30,661 nucleotides of DNA. Origin: a virus. Its lineage: Duplodnaviria > Caudoviricetes. The position numbers and the translations under genes are program-made. Where the stretch lies: IMG/VR virus record IMGVR_UViG_3300004369_000087, positions 1 to 30,661 of that record, one strand, 5' to 3'. The stretch's first letter is position 1; every line of letters begins with the position of its first letter. Positions 6,574 through 15,169 of this stretch are shown here, piece by piece. The notes beneath the pieces were generated by a model, which saw only the letters and a program-made list of their open reading frames with translations, was not told the origin of the DNA and did not search any database.

Positions 6574-8246
6574 GCGGGAACAAGTTCATAGATGGTGCTG
6601 TCACATATCTTGGTAAGCCCTCCCGGCCAACTGAGAAAACGCTTACCTCGCCAGCAGATGCTGTTAATTCTTTTGATAGAGCGATTTCCGCTGCGAAGGT
6701 TTCCGGGAAGACACCAGAGTTGCGCAGAATTGCGGCAAGTGCGCTTTCTTCGCTCAGCAAGAATGCGTCAACGACCGACTACATGAAGAAGAACGTTCTG
6801 CCGCGTATGCGTGCAGAGTTCTCAGAGGTTTTTGGCGACGATATGACCGAATCTGGTCAGGCGCTGCGTGAGGTTTCCGCGTACAGGCTTGGCAAGAGGT
6901 TCGGCAAGGCTGCTATTGCTGCTGCAACCGGTGCTGGGCAAAAGGCAAGCGGTGCTGCAAAGACGGACATTATCCAGCGCGGTGGTAAGAGCGTTTCTGT
7001 GCGCAGGGATATTGGCGGGGCAGGCGGTGGCCAGTTCGTAAATGCGCTGACTGCAATGCGTCAGTCAATGGAACGTGCAACCACTCTTGGGAAAAGGGCT
7101 GAGCGCGTAAGGCGGCTTGTCGGCTCACGGGACAGGCCGCTCTTCAGCGAACTCCCAAGTGACCCTATTTCACGAAGCGAGCAAATTCGTAAGCGCCAGA
7201 TTGAGCGCCTTCGTGGTGTTGGTGGGAAGAAGAAGTTGACGGCGACGCAAAAGCGCGAGCGTGCTGCACGACGCAAGGCGGACGAAGAGCGCAGGAAGGC
7301 GGAAGAGGAAAAGCGCCGCGCCGAACTCCTCAAGAAGGCGGAAGAGGAGCGCGAGAAGCAGAGAATTGAAGACGAGAGGGCCAAGGAGCGTGCGGAAGAA
7401 GAGCGCCGCAGGCAGCGCAGGGAGTCTCAGCAGCGGAAGGGGACGACCGCACGCAGCAGCGCATCGCCAAAGCCCGTTTCCGGGAAGACCGGCAACACGG
7501 ACATTTCGAAGCAGTCCGACCTCTACGTGCCATCAGAAATTGCGATTTTTAGCGGTGCAAACTGGAAGAAGAATCCCTCGTATGAAGCCAGCGTGAAGGC
7601 CGCTCTTGCGAGGGTTGATTCACTCCTTGTGCTTCCATCTGCGCGTGGTTTTGGCAACCCGTCTTTGGGAACGGGGATTTCTGGGATACCCGTCCTGCTG
7701 AGAAAGGTTGGCTCTTACTCAGGCCAGTATAGGTGGAACTCTTCTACTGGGAAGAGCGACATAACCATTTCAAGCACATCTGTAAATCCCGAGATGACGA
7801 TGCTCCACGAGTTTGGTCATTATATTGACAACGAATTGTTTATTTCTGACGAAGACGCCTTTTCTGGGTCCAGCACAGCAAGTGATATTTCTGGATTTAT
7901 CCCGGGGATGGACGCAGTCATTGAGGCAATATCTGCTAGCGAAGGTTTTCGGCAACTGATTCGTGCCTCTTCCTCTCTGAGCAGCGGCCCAAGTCAGTTT
8001 GGTAGTTGGCCAAGTTATTATGGAGATAGGCGCGAAATGTGGGCACGCGCATTTGCGCAGTGGGCGCTTTTGCGCTCAGACGGAAATGTAGAAATGTGGA
8101 CGGCAAGTACGAGAAAGCAACTTAGTGGCTTTCTCACGCCCCTTCTTGGGACGTCATTCAACACTCAGTGGGAGGACCCAGATGACTTTGCCCCAATTGC
8201 AACTGCGATTGATGAACTGTTCGAAGCAGCGGGGTGGTTGAAGTGA
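6570..8246 (+). CDS. Multidomain protein: shared GGGQF module + charged coiled-coil + C-terminal zincin-like metallopeptidase (LPD1/MPTase-like)
   Basis: HEFGH at 7806-7820, downstream YY...EMWARAFAQW; E/R/K-rich helical linker; TTGA overlap with previous gene. Confidence 0.8.
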   Translation: MSGNKFIDGAVTYLGKPSRPTEKTLTSPADAVNSFDRAISAAKVSGKTPELRRIAASALSSLSKNASTTDYMKKNVLPRMRAEFSEVFGDDMTESGQALREVSAYRLGKRFGKAAIAAATGAGQKASGAAKTDIIQRGGKSVSVRRDIGGAGGGQFVNALTAMRQSMERATTLGKRAERVRRLVGSRDRPLFSELPSDPISRSEQIRKRQIERLRGVGGKKKLTATQKRERAARRKADEERRKAEEEKRRAELLKKAEEEREKQRIEDERAKERAEEERRRQRRESQQRKGTTARSSASPKPVSGKTGNTDISKQSDLYVPSEIAIFSGANWKKNPSYEASVKAALARVDSLLVLPSARGFGNPSLGTGISGIPVLLRKVGSYSGQYRWNSSTGKSDITISSTSVNPEMTMLHEFGHYIDNELFISDEDAFSGSSTASDISGFIPGMDAVIEAISASEGFRQLIRASSSLSSGPSQFGSWPSYYGDRREMWARAFAQWALLRSDGNVEMWTASTRKQLSGFLTPLLGTSFNTQWEDPDDFAPIATAIDELFEAAGWLK

Positions 8247-8374
8247 AAGAAGAAAAGCCAGACATTTTGATTTTTAACGGGAAGCCAGTGAAGCCTGTGG
8301 TTGACCCATCTGTCAGAAAGATTCTTGAAGACCTTCAAAAGCAAGTCTCTTCTATGAAGAAGAACAGCAAGTAG
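8243..8374 (+). CDS. Small hypothetical protein (43 aa), not in ORF track
   Basis: GTGA overlap with peptidase gene; MKEEKPDILIFNGKPVKPVVDPSVRKILEDLQKQVSSMKKNSK. Confidence 0.55.
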   Translation: MKEEKPDILIFNGKPVKPVVDPSVRKILEDLQKQVSSMKKNSK

Positions 8375-8410
8375 TTGCAGTTACTATCTGATTAGGGTTA
8401 TTTTTCACGC
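8375..8410 (+). promoter_or_regulatory. Possible sigma70-type promoter for leaderless 8411 gene
   Basis: TTGCAG (8375-8380), 18 bp, TATTTT (8399-8404), 6 nt to ATG8411; AT-rich, no RBS. Confidence 0.3.
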
Positions 8411-8821
8411 ATGACGTTGCCAGACCTGCCGGACTATCTCGTTGACGCATTTGAGCGTGGCGTTGCCGCCGGAGTTGCCGAGACGATGAACGAGTCGAAG
8501 AAAGTTCTTCGCGACCCGAAGGGTGGACTTACGGCTGCTGGGCGTGCCTACTTCAAGAGGAAGGAAGGCGCGAACCTAAAGCCGGGCGTTCGCGGGGCGG
8601 CTGATACGCCGGAAAAGATGCGCAGGAAGGGTTCTTTTCTTACCCGCTTTTATACAAACCCTTCTGGTCCAATGGTTCGTCCTAACGGTAAGCCAAGCCG
8701 ACTCGCACTTGCTGCTGCTGCATGGGGTGAGCCGGTGCCAAAGAACGCGCAGGATGCTGCACGCCTTGCGGCAAAGGGTCGTCGCCTTCTCGCCGCCTAC
8801 GACAAAAGGAAGAAGCGATAG
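8411..8821 (+). CDS. Basic protein with DUF6321-like domain
   Basis: DPKGGLTAAGRAYFKRKEGANLKPGV...RRKGSFLTRF...PSRLALAAAAW resembles the phage GGLxxxGRxxxxxxxGxNLKP family. Confidence 0.7.
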   Translation: MTLPDLPDYLVDAFERGVAAGVAETMNESKKVLRDPKGGLTAAGRAYFKRKEGANLKPGVRGAADTPEKMRRKGSFLTRFYTNPSGPMVRPNGKPSRLALAAAAWGEPVPKNAQDAARLAAKGRRLLAAYDKRKKR

Positions 8822-10141
8822 ATGGTTGACGACAACAACGTTGACGAGTTTCTTGAGAGCCTTCTTAAGGGAACGCTAAAGGGGCAGATTAAGAAGATTG
8901 CTAAGCGCGGTCTTCGCAAGCCTCCGATGCGATACCCCGCTGGGTGGAAGGGCGAGCAGGGCGAGGTTCCCGGCGGGTTTGCCCGCAAGGAGGACATTCC
9001 CGCTGTCCGTGGACGTCAGGGAAGAAGCCCTGCCCGTTCTAAGGGCGGTGCCCGTGGACGAACTGCTGCGGCGATGCAGAAGGACGCAGAGACTCGTTCT
9101 GCTGTTACCCGTGCCGCACGAACCGGCAAGTCGGAAATGGAGCGCGGCGAGGCGAGGAAGGCGCTGCGTAGCGCGGCAGACGCGGAGCGCAAGAAGCAGG
9201 TTGAGAAGACCGGCGAGAAGACCGGGAAAATCAACTTGCAGAAGACAGTCAAGGATACGCCGGATTCTCGTGCAGCAGAAAAGGCAAGGCGCGAGAGCAG
9301 CGCCCGTGGCCGTGGCTTCCGCCGTGTTTTCGCACTTCTTGACAGGAAGGTCAAAACCTCAGACAGCAAGGCCGTTGACCTTGTCAACACGGCTGTCAGA
9401 AATGCACTGGATGATAAGGCGAGCGAAGGCGACCCAAACAAGATTAATGCTGCGTTCAGTAACGTTCGCGGGATTGTTATGAGGCAGATTTCTGAACTCA
9501 AGGGCCTTACTGGCGCTCAAAAGCGTGAACTTCAGGCGGAAGCAAAGGAACTGATTGCTGAACTCCGTAATGCGCTGAAGAAGGACGTCGCAGACCGGGT
9601 TGAGTTGTCAAAGGTTCCCGGCAAGGGCGCTCAGGGTCGTGCTCCCGTGAAGAAGACCCCATCTGGACGCACAAAAACTGTGTCTGACGCAACCGGTGCC
9701 TCCAAGGGTCAGCCGCGCACGCAGGTTGGCGAGAAGAAGTTTCCGGTGAAGCAGGAAGGGCCAAAGCGGAAGAGGTTCCCGGGGCCACGACCCGTTGGGA
9801 AGAAGGGGAACACCTACGGCCCAAACGTTCCCGGCTCCGTTGAAGATAAGGACGGGGTTCTTCAGCCTCCCGAGACTCCTCGCCGCAAAAAGGGCAAGAG
9901 CGCACTCCCCGCTTCCAAGAAGGGTGGAATGACGCCTTCGACCGGCGAGAAGATTAAGGACATTGAAAAGCGCGATAAGACCCGTGGTCGTCTTCCTGCT
10001 GAAAAGGGAAGGCAGAAGGGTCTTTCCGACAAGGAGCGCGAGGCTATTGAGCGCAAGAGGAAGGCCGACGCAAAGAAGAAGATGAAGGAATCTCTTGTGC
10101 TTGATGTTGTAAGTCGGTTTCCTAACACGGAAAATGTATGA
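8822..10141 (+). CDS. Large Lys/Arg-rich protein, probable internal head/DNA-condensing protein
   Basis: 439-aa ORF, very basic low-complexity flanks around a helical core; immediately upstream of prohead protease. Confidence 0.7.
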   Translation: MVDDNNVDEFLESLLKGTLKGQIKKIAKRGLRKPPMRYPAGWKGEQGEVPGGFARKEDIPAVRGRQGRSPARSKGGARGRTAAAMQKDAETRSAVTRAARTGKSEMERGEARKALRSAADAERKKQVEKTGEKTGKINLQKTVKDTPDSRAAEKARRESSARGRGFRRVFALLDRKVKTSDSKAVDLVNTAVRNALDDKASEGDPNKINAAFSNVRGIVMRQISELKGLTGAQKRELQAEAKELIAELRNALKKDVADRVELSKVPGKGAQGRAPVKKTPSGRTKTVSDATGASKGQPRTQVGEKKFPVKQEGPKRKRFPGPRPVGKKGNTYGPNVPGSVEDKDGVLQPPETPRRKKGKSALPASKKGGMTPSTGEKIKDIEKRDKTRGRLPAEKGRQKGLSDKEREAIERKRKADAKKKMKESLVLDVVSRFPNTENV

Positions 10142-10214
10142 CTATGGTGACACTCTGATGTCGTCTAACATGGTTATGCAAAATCTGCCTACTAATACAA
10201 GCGTGGAGCAGAGT

Positions 10215-11459
10215 ATGGATAGTGGACATAACGAAATCCGTGAGTCGGCGCGTGTCGCCGCCATTGATTCCGATAAGCGCGAAGTCGTGATTGACGTTAT
10301 TGAGGCTGGCCTTGGTAACTCACGCGACAGGCGTCTGTACGAGGCTGCAATGCTCTCGCAGAGTCCCGACGTATTTGTCGGTGCGCAGATGTTCGCTGAC
10401 CACCTTTCACCAGAGGTTGAGAGGAAAATGCAGGGCCTTCCTCGCTCTGTCCGTGACCTTACGGGCAGCATTAAGGAGGCGTGGTGGCAGCCGGATGGTG
10501 GTCCGAGTGGAAATGGTTCTATTCAGGCCCGTGTCCGAATCGCCGCGCCTTGGCTCTGGGATTTGGTGAAGAACGACCCTGAACTTGTCGGGGTCTCTAT
10601 CAACGCCGTGGGGCGTACACGCCCCGGTGTTGGACCTGATGGCAAGCCCGCGCACATGGTTGAGTCAATTACTCAGTGCCACTCCGTGGACTGGGTTGCT
10701 CAGGCTGGTGCGGGGGGTCGAATTGTTGGCTTCCTAGAGTCGCACTACGGACAGGGGGATACGGAAGTGTCTATTGATTGGGAGGCTGTGTCCAAGGAGG
10801 ACATTGCCGAGCATCGCCCGGACTTGGTTGACGCATTTGAGGCCGACGTTTTCAAGACTCTTGAGGAGTTGGAGGCGTCGCTCATGGCGGAGATTGAGGC
10901 CGAGGCTGAGGAGCAGGAGACTGAGCCGGTCGCTGAGGAGTCTGTGGAGGGCGAGACCCCCGAGACTGCTGACGAGGACGAGGATGTCCCGGCGTCGCGT
11001 GACGACGACGAGGACGACACCGATGATGTCACGTCTGACGAGCCGGAACTGGTTGGTGTTGCTGAGGGCGACTACTTCACCTATGACGAGGTGAAGCAGA
11101 TTGTGCTTGAGGCTGCACAGGCTATTGAGGCGAAGTATGAGGCGCGTGAGCGCGTTCGTGAGAATCGCCTTATCGCACACGACGTTCTTGCGGAGTCGGG
11201 TCTTCCCGTTCTTTCGCAGCAGGCCATTCGCAAGACCCTTCAGGACTTTGATGGCGACGCTCACGACCTTCGTGAGTCGCTTAAGGAGTCCATCAAGGAG
11301 AAGCGGGCGGAGTTGTCGTCGGTCACCGGTCGCGGCGTGCAGGGCCTTGGCCCCTCGCTGTTGATGGAGGCTGATGGCAGCGACGATGGTGAGAAGGACC
11401 AGCCTGTGTCGCAGGCTGGTGCACACACTGCCCTGCTCTCTGAGTTGGGTCTGGACTAA
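10215..11459 (+). CDS. Prohead maturation protease fused to scaffold
   Basis: GLGNSRDRRLY, FADH, GVSINAVG, SVDWVAQAGAGG protease motifs then acidic/helical scaffold; GGAG RBS at 10205 favours ATG10215 over 10134. Confidence 0.85.
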   Translation: MDSGHNEIRESARVAAIDSDKREVVIDVIEAGLGNSRDRRLYEAAMLSQSPDVFVGAQMFADHLSPEVERKMQGLPRSVRDLTGSIKEAWWQPDGGPSGNGSIQARVRIAAPWLWDLVKNDPELVGVSINAVGRTRPGVGPDGKPAHMVESITQCHSVDWVAQAGAGGRIVGFLESHYGQGDTEVSIDWEAVSKEDIAEHRPDLVDAFEADVFKTLEELEASLMAEIEAEAEEQETEPVAEESVEGETPETADEDEDVPASRDDDEDDTDDVTSDEPELVGVAEGDYFTYDEVKQIVLEAAQAIEAKYEARERVRENRLIAHDVLAESGLPVLSQQAIRKTLQDFDGDAHDLRESLKESIKEKRAELSSVTGRGVQGLGPSLLMEADGSDDGEKDQPVSQAGAHTALLSELGLD

Positions 11460-11477
11460 AGGAAGGGGTAGCCACAC

Positions 11478-11849
11478 ATGGCTAAGAATTACCGTGGCAC
11501 CGGCAGCGTTGTCCGCATCAAGTCTGCGGCAGCGACGGTCACTGCTGGTAGCCCTAAGGTGGAGGGCGGCTTTCACGGCATCGTCGCTAACTCCGCTTCG
11601 ACCGGTGGGGCGTACTCGCTTCACATTAGTGGTGAGCACGAGGTGGACTTTGTCACCAGCGCGGTGCAGGGTTCGACCGTGTACATCACTGACGCTAACG
11701 GCGCCCTGACGCTTTCGTCGGGTTCTGGCAAGCGTATCTTTGGCAAGGTTTCGGCTGTGCCGGGTGCCAGCAACACGGGCACCTACCTGAAGGAGCCTGC
11801 TTCCGGCAAGATGTGGGTCATTCTGGCCCACCAGAACGACGCGGCTTAG
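11478..11849 (+). CDS. Capsid cement/decoration protein (DUF2190-like)
   Basis: MAKNY..G......A.V.AG.....G...G.....A.TG pattern; adjacent to capsid gene. Confidence 0.75.
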   Translation: MAKNYRGTGSVVRIKSAAATVTAGSPKVEGGFHGIVANSASTGGAYSLHISGEHEVDFVTSAVQGSTVYITDANGALTLSSGSGKRIFGKVSAVPGASNTGTYLKEPASGKMWVILAHQNDAA

Positions 11850-11878
11850 TCGCGGGGACACGGAAGGAGTAACGAATA

Positions 11879-12898
11879 ATGCGTACTGGTTCGTGGCCCC
11901 GTGAGGTGCGTCTCTTTGAGGCTTACCTTGACTGGGCTGAGAGCGACAACGCTGCTGGGTTGCGCGAGAGCGGTTCTTCGACCGACTTCGCCAACTACCT
12001 GAACAACGTTGTCGGCAAGCGTCTTATGAAGGTGTACCGCGAGGCCCCTGCTTATTGGGAGCGCTACACCACCTCGTACAACGTGCCGGACTTCAAGCCG
12101 CTTTCGATGTACGGCCTCACTGAGGGACAGGACCTCCTGCCCTTCGATGAGGGTGGCGAGTACAAGGACTCGCAGATTAGCGAGCGTGTTGGCCCGACCA
12201 TGACGGTTTCGACCTACGGTCGTCTGTTCAGCATTTCGCGTAAGGCTCTCATCAACGATGACCTTGGTCTCCTCCGGGACACCCCGGGTCGTCTGGGCCG
12301 CGCTGCTGCTCGCACGCTGAACCGTTCTGTGGTTGCCACCCTTGAGGGTAACGGCAACTCCTACGACGGTACTGCGCTGTTTCACGCAGACCACGGCAAC
12401 CTCGCCACCGACGCCCTGTCGGAGTCGGGTCTGGCTGCCGCTGCGCTGAAGATGAACCAGCAGACCGATGACAACGGCAACCCCATCATGGTTGCTGCCG
12501 ACCTGCTGGTGATTCCGGGTGGTCTGGAAATGACCGCTCGTCGTATCCTCAACTCTGTTGAGGTGACGATTCAGGGTTCGGGTTCGACCCCCGCCTACGG
12601 TGAGGGCAACTCCAACGTGGTTCGCGGTTACGTGAACTACGTGGTGGACCGCTACCTGACGGATGCCAACGACTGGTACCTGTTCGCCAACCCGGCGGAC
12701 GCTCCGGTGATTGGTGTGGGCTTCCTGAATGGCCAGCGTGAGCCGCAGACCATGCTGAAGGACCCCGGTATGCGCCTTGTGCTGGGTGGTAACGACCCGT
12801 ATTCGATGGAGTTCGACGCCATTGAGTACAAGGTCCGCCACGAGTGGGGTACTTCGATTGTGGACTGGCGTGGTGCCGTGAAGTCGGCGGTGGCCTAG
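11879..12898 (+). CDS. Major capsid protein (Mu gpT-like, HK97 fold)
   Basis: STDF, VPDFKP, EGGEY, TYGRLFSISRKALINDDLG, ALFHADHGNL, GFLNG..P, KVRHEWG...DWRGAVK motifs. Confidence 0.93.
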   Translation: MRTGSWPREVRLFEAYLDWAESDNAAGLRESGSSTDFANYLNNVVGKRLMKVYREAPAYWERYTTSYNVPDFKPLSMYGLTEGQDLLPFDEGGEYKDSQISERVGPTMTVSTYGRLFSISRKALINDDLGLLRDTPGRLGRAAARTLNRSVVATLEGNGNSYDGTALFHADHGNLATDALSESGLAAAALKMNQQTDDNGNPIMVAADLLVIPGGLEMTARRILNSVEVTIQGSGSTPAYGEGNSNVVRGYVNYVVDRYLTDANDWYLFANPADAPVIGVGFLNGQREPQTMLKDPGMRLVLGGNDPYSMEFDAIEYKVRHEWGTSIVDWRGAVKSAVA

Positions 12899-13194
12899 TG
12901 CCTCCCAAGAAGACTCTTACGGTTGAGGAGAAGGTGGTGGATGTCTCTCAGGAGGCATCCACCCCTCTCCCCCTCCACAGGAAGGCTTCTGTTTGGCCTC
13001 GTGTTCCTCGCACTAAGGATGAGTTCCGTGCAAAGGATGCGGCCAAGGCCGTTGATTGCGATGTTGCTGACATCGCTGGATACGGGTTCCGCGCACCGCT
13101 TGACGTTGACGGAGACCCTATTCTTGAGAAGGCCGTTTTGACGGTCGTCTTCACGGATGGGTCGAAGAAGGCGGTTGAGCACCCTGTTGCTTAG
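12898..13194 (+). CDS. Hypothetical head-associated protein
   Basis: GTG overlaps capsid TAG (MPPKKTL...); position between capsid and neck genes. Confidence 0.65.
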   Translation: MPPKKTLTVEEKVVDVSQEASTPLPLHRKASVWPRVPRTKDEFRAKDAAKAVDCDVADIAGYGFRAPLDVDGDPILEKAVLTVVFTDGSKKAVEHPVA

Positions 13195-13213
13195 TTAGCC
13201 CCAAGGAGGGTTT

Positions 13214-13738
13214 GTGAACAAGCCAACGGCAGCAACCCTCCGGGCTGACACTCGGATTGACTGGGCCGGGACGTTTTCGCTCCCGGCCCCGTCTTCCGGG
13301 GATGACCCGATCACGGCAGAGATTGACCTTGCGTGGGTTTATGTTGAGCAGGTTTCTGGTCGTGACCTTGATGAGTATTCGGGGGACCTAGAGCCTCTTG
13401 TTAACTACGCGATTAAGTTGCGCGTAGTGCAGCAGTCTGCACAGCAGAAGGGCACCTACGCAGATATTTTTGGGTCTATTTCTGGCATCCAGTCATTTAC
13501 TGTGCCCGGTTACTCAGAGACACGCGCTGTTGCTCAGTCGTCAAAGAATGGCGACCAGCGCGACTATAGGTATAACCCGTGGAAGCCGCTTGATGAGGTG
13601 CTTCACCTTATTGCCACTCAGGAAGCACGGGATGCGGCTATTCGTTCTCTTACGATGACGTATGAGCCAAGCATTGCCTTTGAGCACACGGATGAGGTCA
13701 TTCCGCTCTATGGCATTGAGCGGGATATGCTTGATTAG
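13214..13738 (+). CDS. Head-tail adaptor/connector protein
   Basis: AAGGAGG RBS; helical N-terminus (A..YVEQVSGR), IQSFTVPGYSET hairpin; synteny. Confidence 0.65.
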   Translation: MNKPTAATLRADTRIDWAGTFSLPAPSSGDDPITAEIDLAWVYVEQVSGRDLDEYSGDLEPLVNYAIKLRVVQQSAQQKGTYADIFGSISGIQSFTVPGYSETRAVAQSSKNGDQRDYRYNPWKPLDEVLHLIATQEARDAAIRSLTMTYEPSIAFEHTDEVIPLYGIERDMLD

Positions 13739-14124
13739 TGCCGCTTGACCTAGACATCTGGATTGACCGTGTCCGCGTTTACAGGACAGTCCCCGGCCCA
13801 AGGGTTGAGGGCGAAACCCGTGTAAACAAGACACGTTCTGAGTGGATTCCTGCAAGGATTCCGCCACGCGAGGCTGCTGAATCCGTAAATGGAGAGCGGC
13901 CAAAGAAGGTTCAGGACATACGCGAAATCACATGCTCTGTCCTTGACCCATCTGGAACGAGGATTGAGATTAAGCGCTCTGACCGTCTTGAGTTGCAGAC
14001 CGGATATCAGGGTTCATACACAGACCTTGGAATGTGGGACGTGCTCTCAAACCAGATTCCTCGTGGGCGTGACGGAGAGGAACTTCTTCAGTATCTGCGC
14101 GTGCTTAAGGTTGATGAATATTGA
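13738..14124 (+). CDS. Head closure (stopper) protein
   Basis: Beta-rich 128 aa, WIPARI...IKRSDRL pattern; synteny after adaptor. Confidence 0.6.
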   Translation: MPLDLDIWIDRVRVYRTVPGPRVEGETRVNKTRSEWIPARIPPREAAESVNGERPKKVQDIREITCSVLDPSGTRIEIKRSDRLELQTGYQGSYTDLGMWDVLSNQIPRGRDGEELLQYLRVLKVDEY

Positions 14125-14630
14125 GCGGCGCAGTTATCACAGGAAGCGTGTCCGACTCCTTATCGGATTTTGCAAAGTCTTTCCCACGGGAATACACAGG
14201 GTTCGGTGGTAGGAACACAGACTGGCTTCGCGATGAGATTCGTGCAGAAACCCCCGTTGGTGACGGGGCACACGTAACACACCTGCGCGACAGTTATTAC
14301 ATCGTCGGTCCACGGACCACGGTGAGGACTGCGACTTTTCGCGTTACTACAGACGTTGAATATGCTCCTTGGGTTGAGTGGGATACGGGTATACACGGCC
14401 CAAGCGGTTCCAAGTACATCATTACCGGTAAGCGCGGAAATCTCTTGAGTTTTTACTGGAAGAAGAAGGGGAAGAGGGTAGTAACTCGCTATGTCATGCA
14501 CCCCGGCTCTGCCGGTGCACATATGTTTGCGAAGGGTGCAGACGCCCTTGAGCGTGCTCTTCCCAAGAGGATGAACAACCTCGTTATCCAAGAGGCACGT
14601 CGCCACGGATTCCGTGTGAGGGCCGCTTAA
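14121..14630 (+). CDS. HK97 gp10-like neck/tail-completion protein
   Basis: TPVG....LRDS, VEYAPWVEWDTG, V.HPG..G.HMF motifs. Confidence 0.8.
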   Translation: MSGAVITGSVSDSLSDFAKSFPREYTGFGGRNTDWLRDEIRAETPVGDGAHVTHLRDSYYIVGPRTTVRTATFRVTTDVEYAPWVEWDTGIHGPSGSKYIITGKRGNLLSFYWKKKGKRVVTRYVMHPGSAGAHMFAKGADALERALPKRMNNLVIQEARRHGFRVRAA

Positions 14631-15169
14631 TGCCAGACCCGTGGCCCAAGGACCAGATTGAGCACGAAATGCGGTCTATCCGCAGGATGTTTAGGACATA
14701 CGACGAATGCCCCGACGAGTTCCGCATCAATGATTACGAGGGGACTTTTATTCGTCCCAGCGTGAGGCTCGTCCTTGTAACTGCTGGCATGGAAACAAAC
14801 GCCGCAGCGGTTACTTCGAACAGGTCTATGACCGTCGTTTGGTTTGGTTCAGACTCTGACGACATTGCGTTTATTGAGTCTGAGGCAAGAAGCGCACTGG
14901 ACTGGACTGTCCAGTCGCTTACTCGTGGGGACGAGGGCTTGCGCCGGGCAATCCCCATCTATGACTGGTCTGTTGCTAACAGCCCGTCACCGACGCGCTT
15001 TGTAATTGATATTGACGGCGCGTCTGTAAGTGGTCAGATGGTAAGAGACGAAGCGGGCCTATATTCTATTCCAGTTGACTTTCGTTACACTGTAAGAACT
15101 GTAAGCGCCCATTACGTAAGCCGACCGCCTGCGCTGCAAAACATCTACAAGGATGTCGAAATTGACTGA
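14630..15169 (+). CDS. Tail terminator protein
   Basis: SIRR...F.RPS...IPIYDW pattern; position before sheath. Confidence 0.6.
   Translation: MPDPWPKDQIEHEMRSIRRMFRTYDECPDEFRINDYEGTFIRPSVRLVLVTAGMETNAAAVTSNRSMTVVWFGSDSDDIAFIESEARSALDWTVQSLTRGDEGLRRAIPIYDWSVANSPSPTRFVIDIDGASVSGQMVRDEAGLYSIPVDFRYTVRTVSAHYVSRPPALQNIYKDVEID

Noticed and set aside
7240-7440. E/R/K-rich repeat as TolA/IF2-like homology
   Set aside because: Low-complexity charged single alpha-helix; any similarity would be compositional only
10734-12841. Long minus-strand ORFs 10734..11861 (375 aa) and 11846..12841 (331 aa)
   Set aside because: Antisense shadows of the scaffold, cement and capsid genes caused by codon bias; no recognisable motifs or RBS
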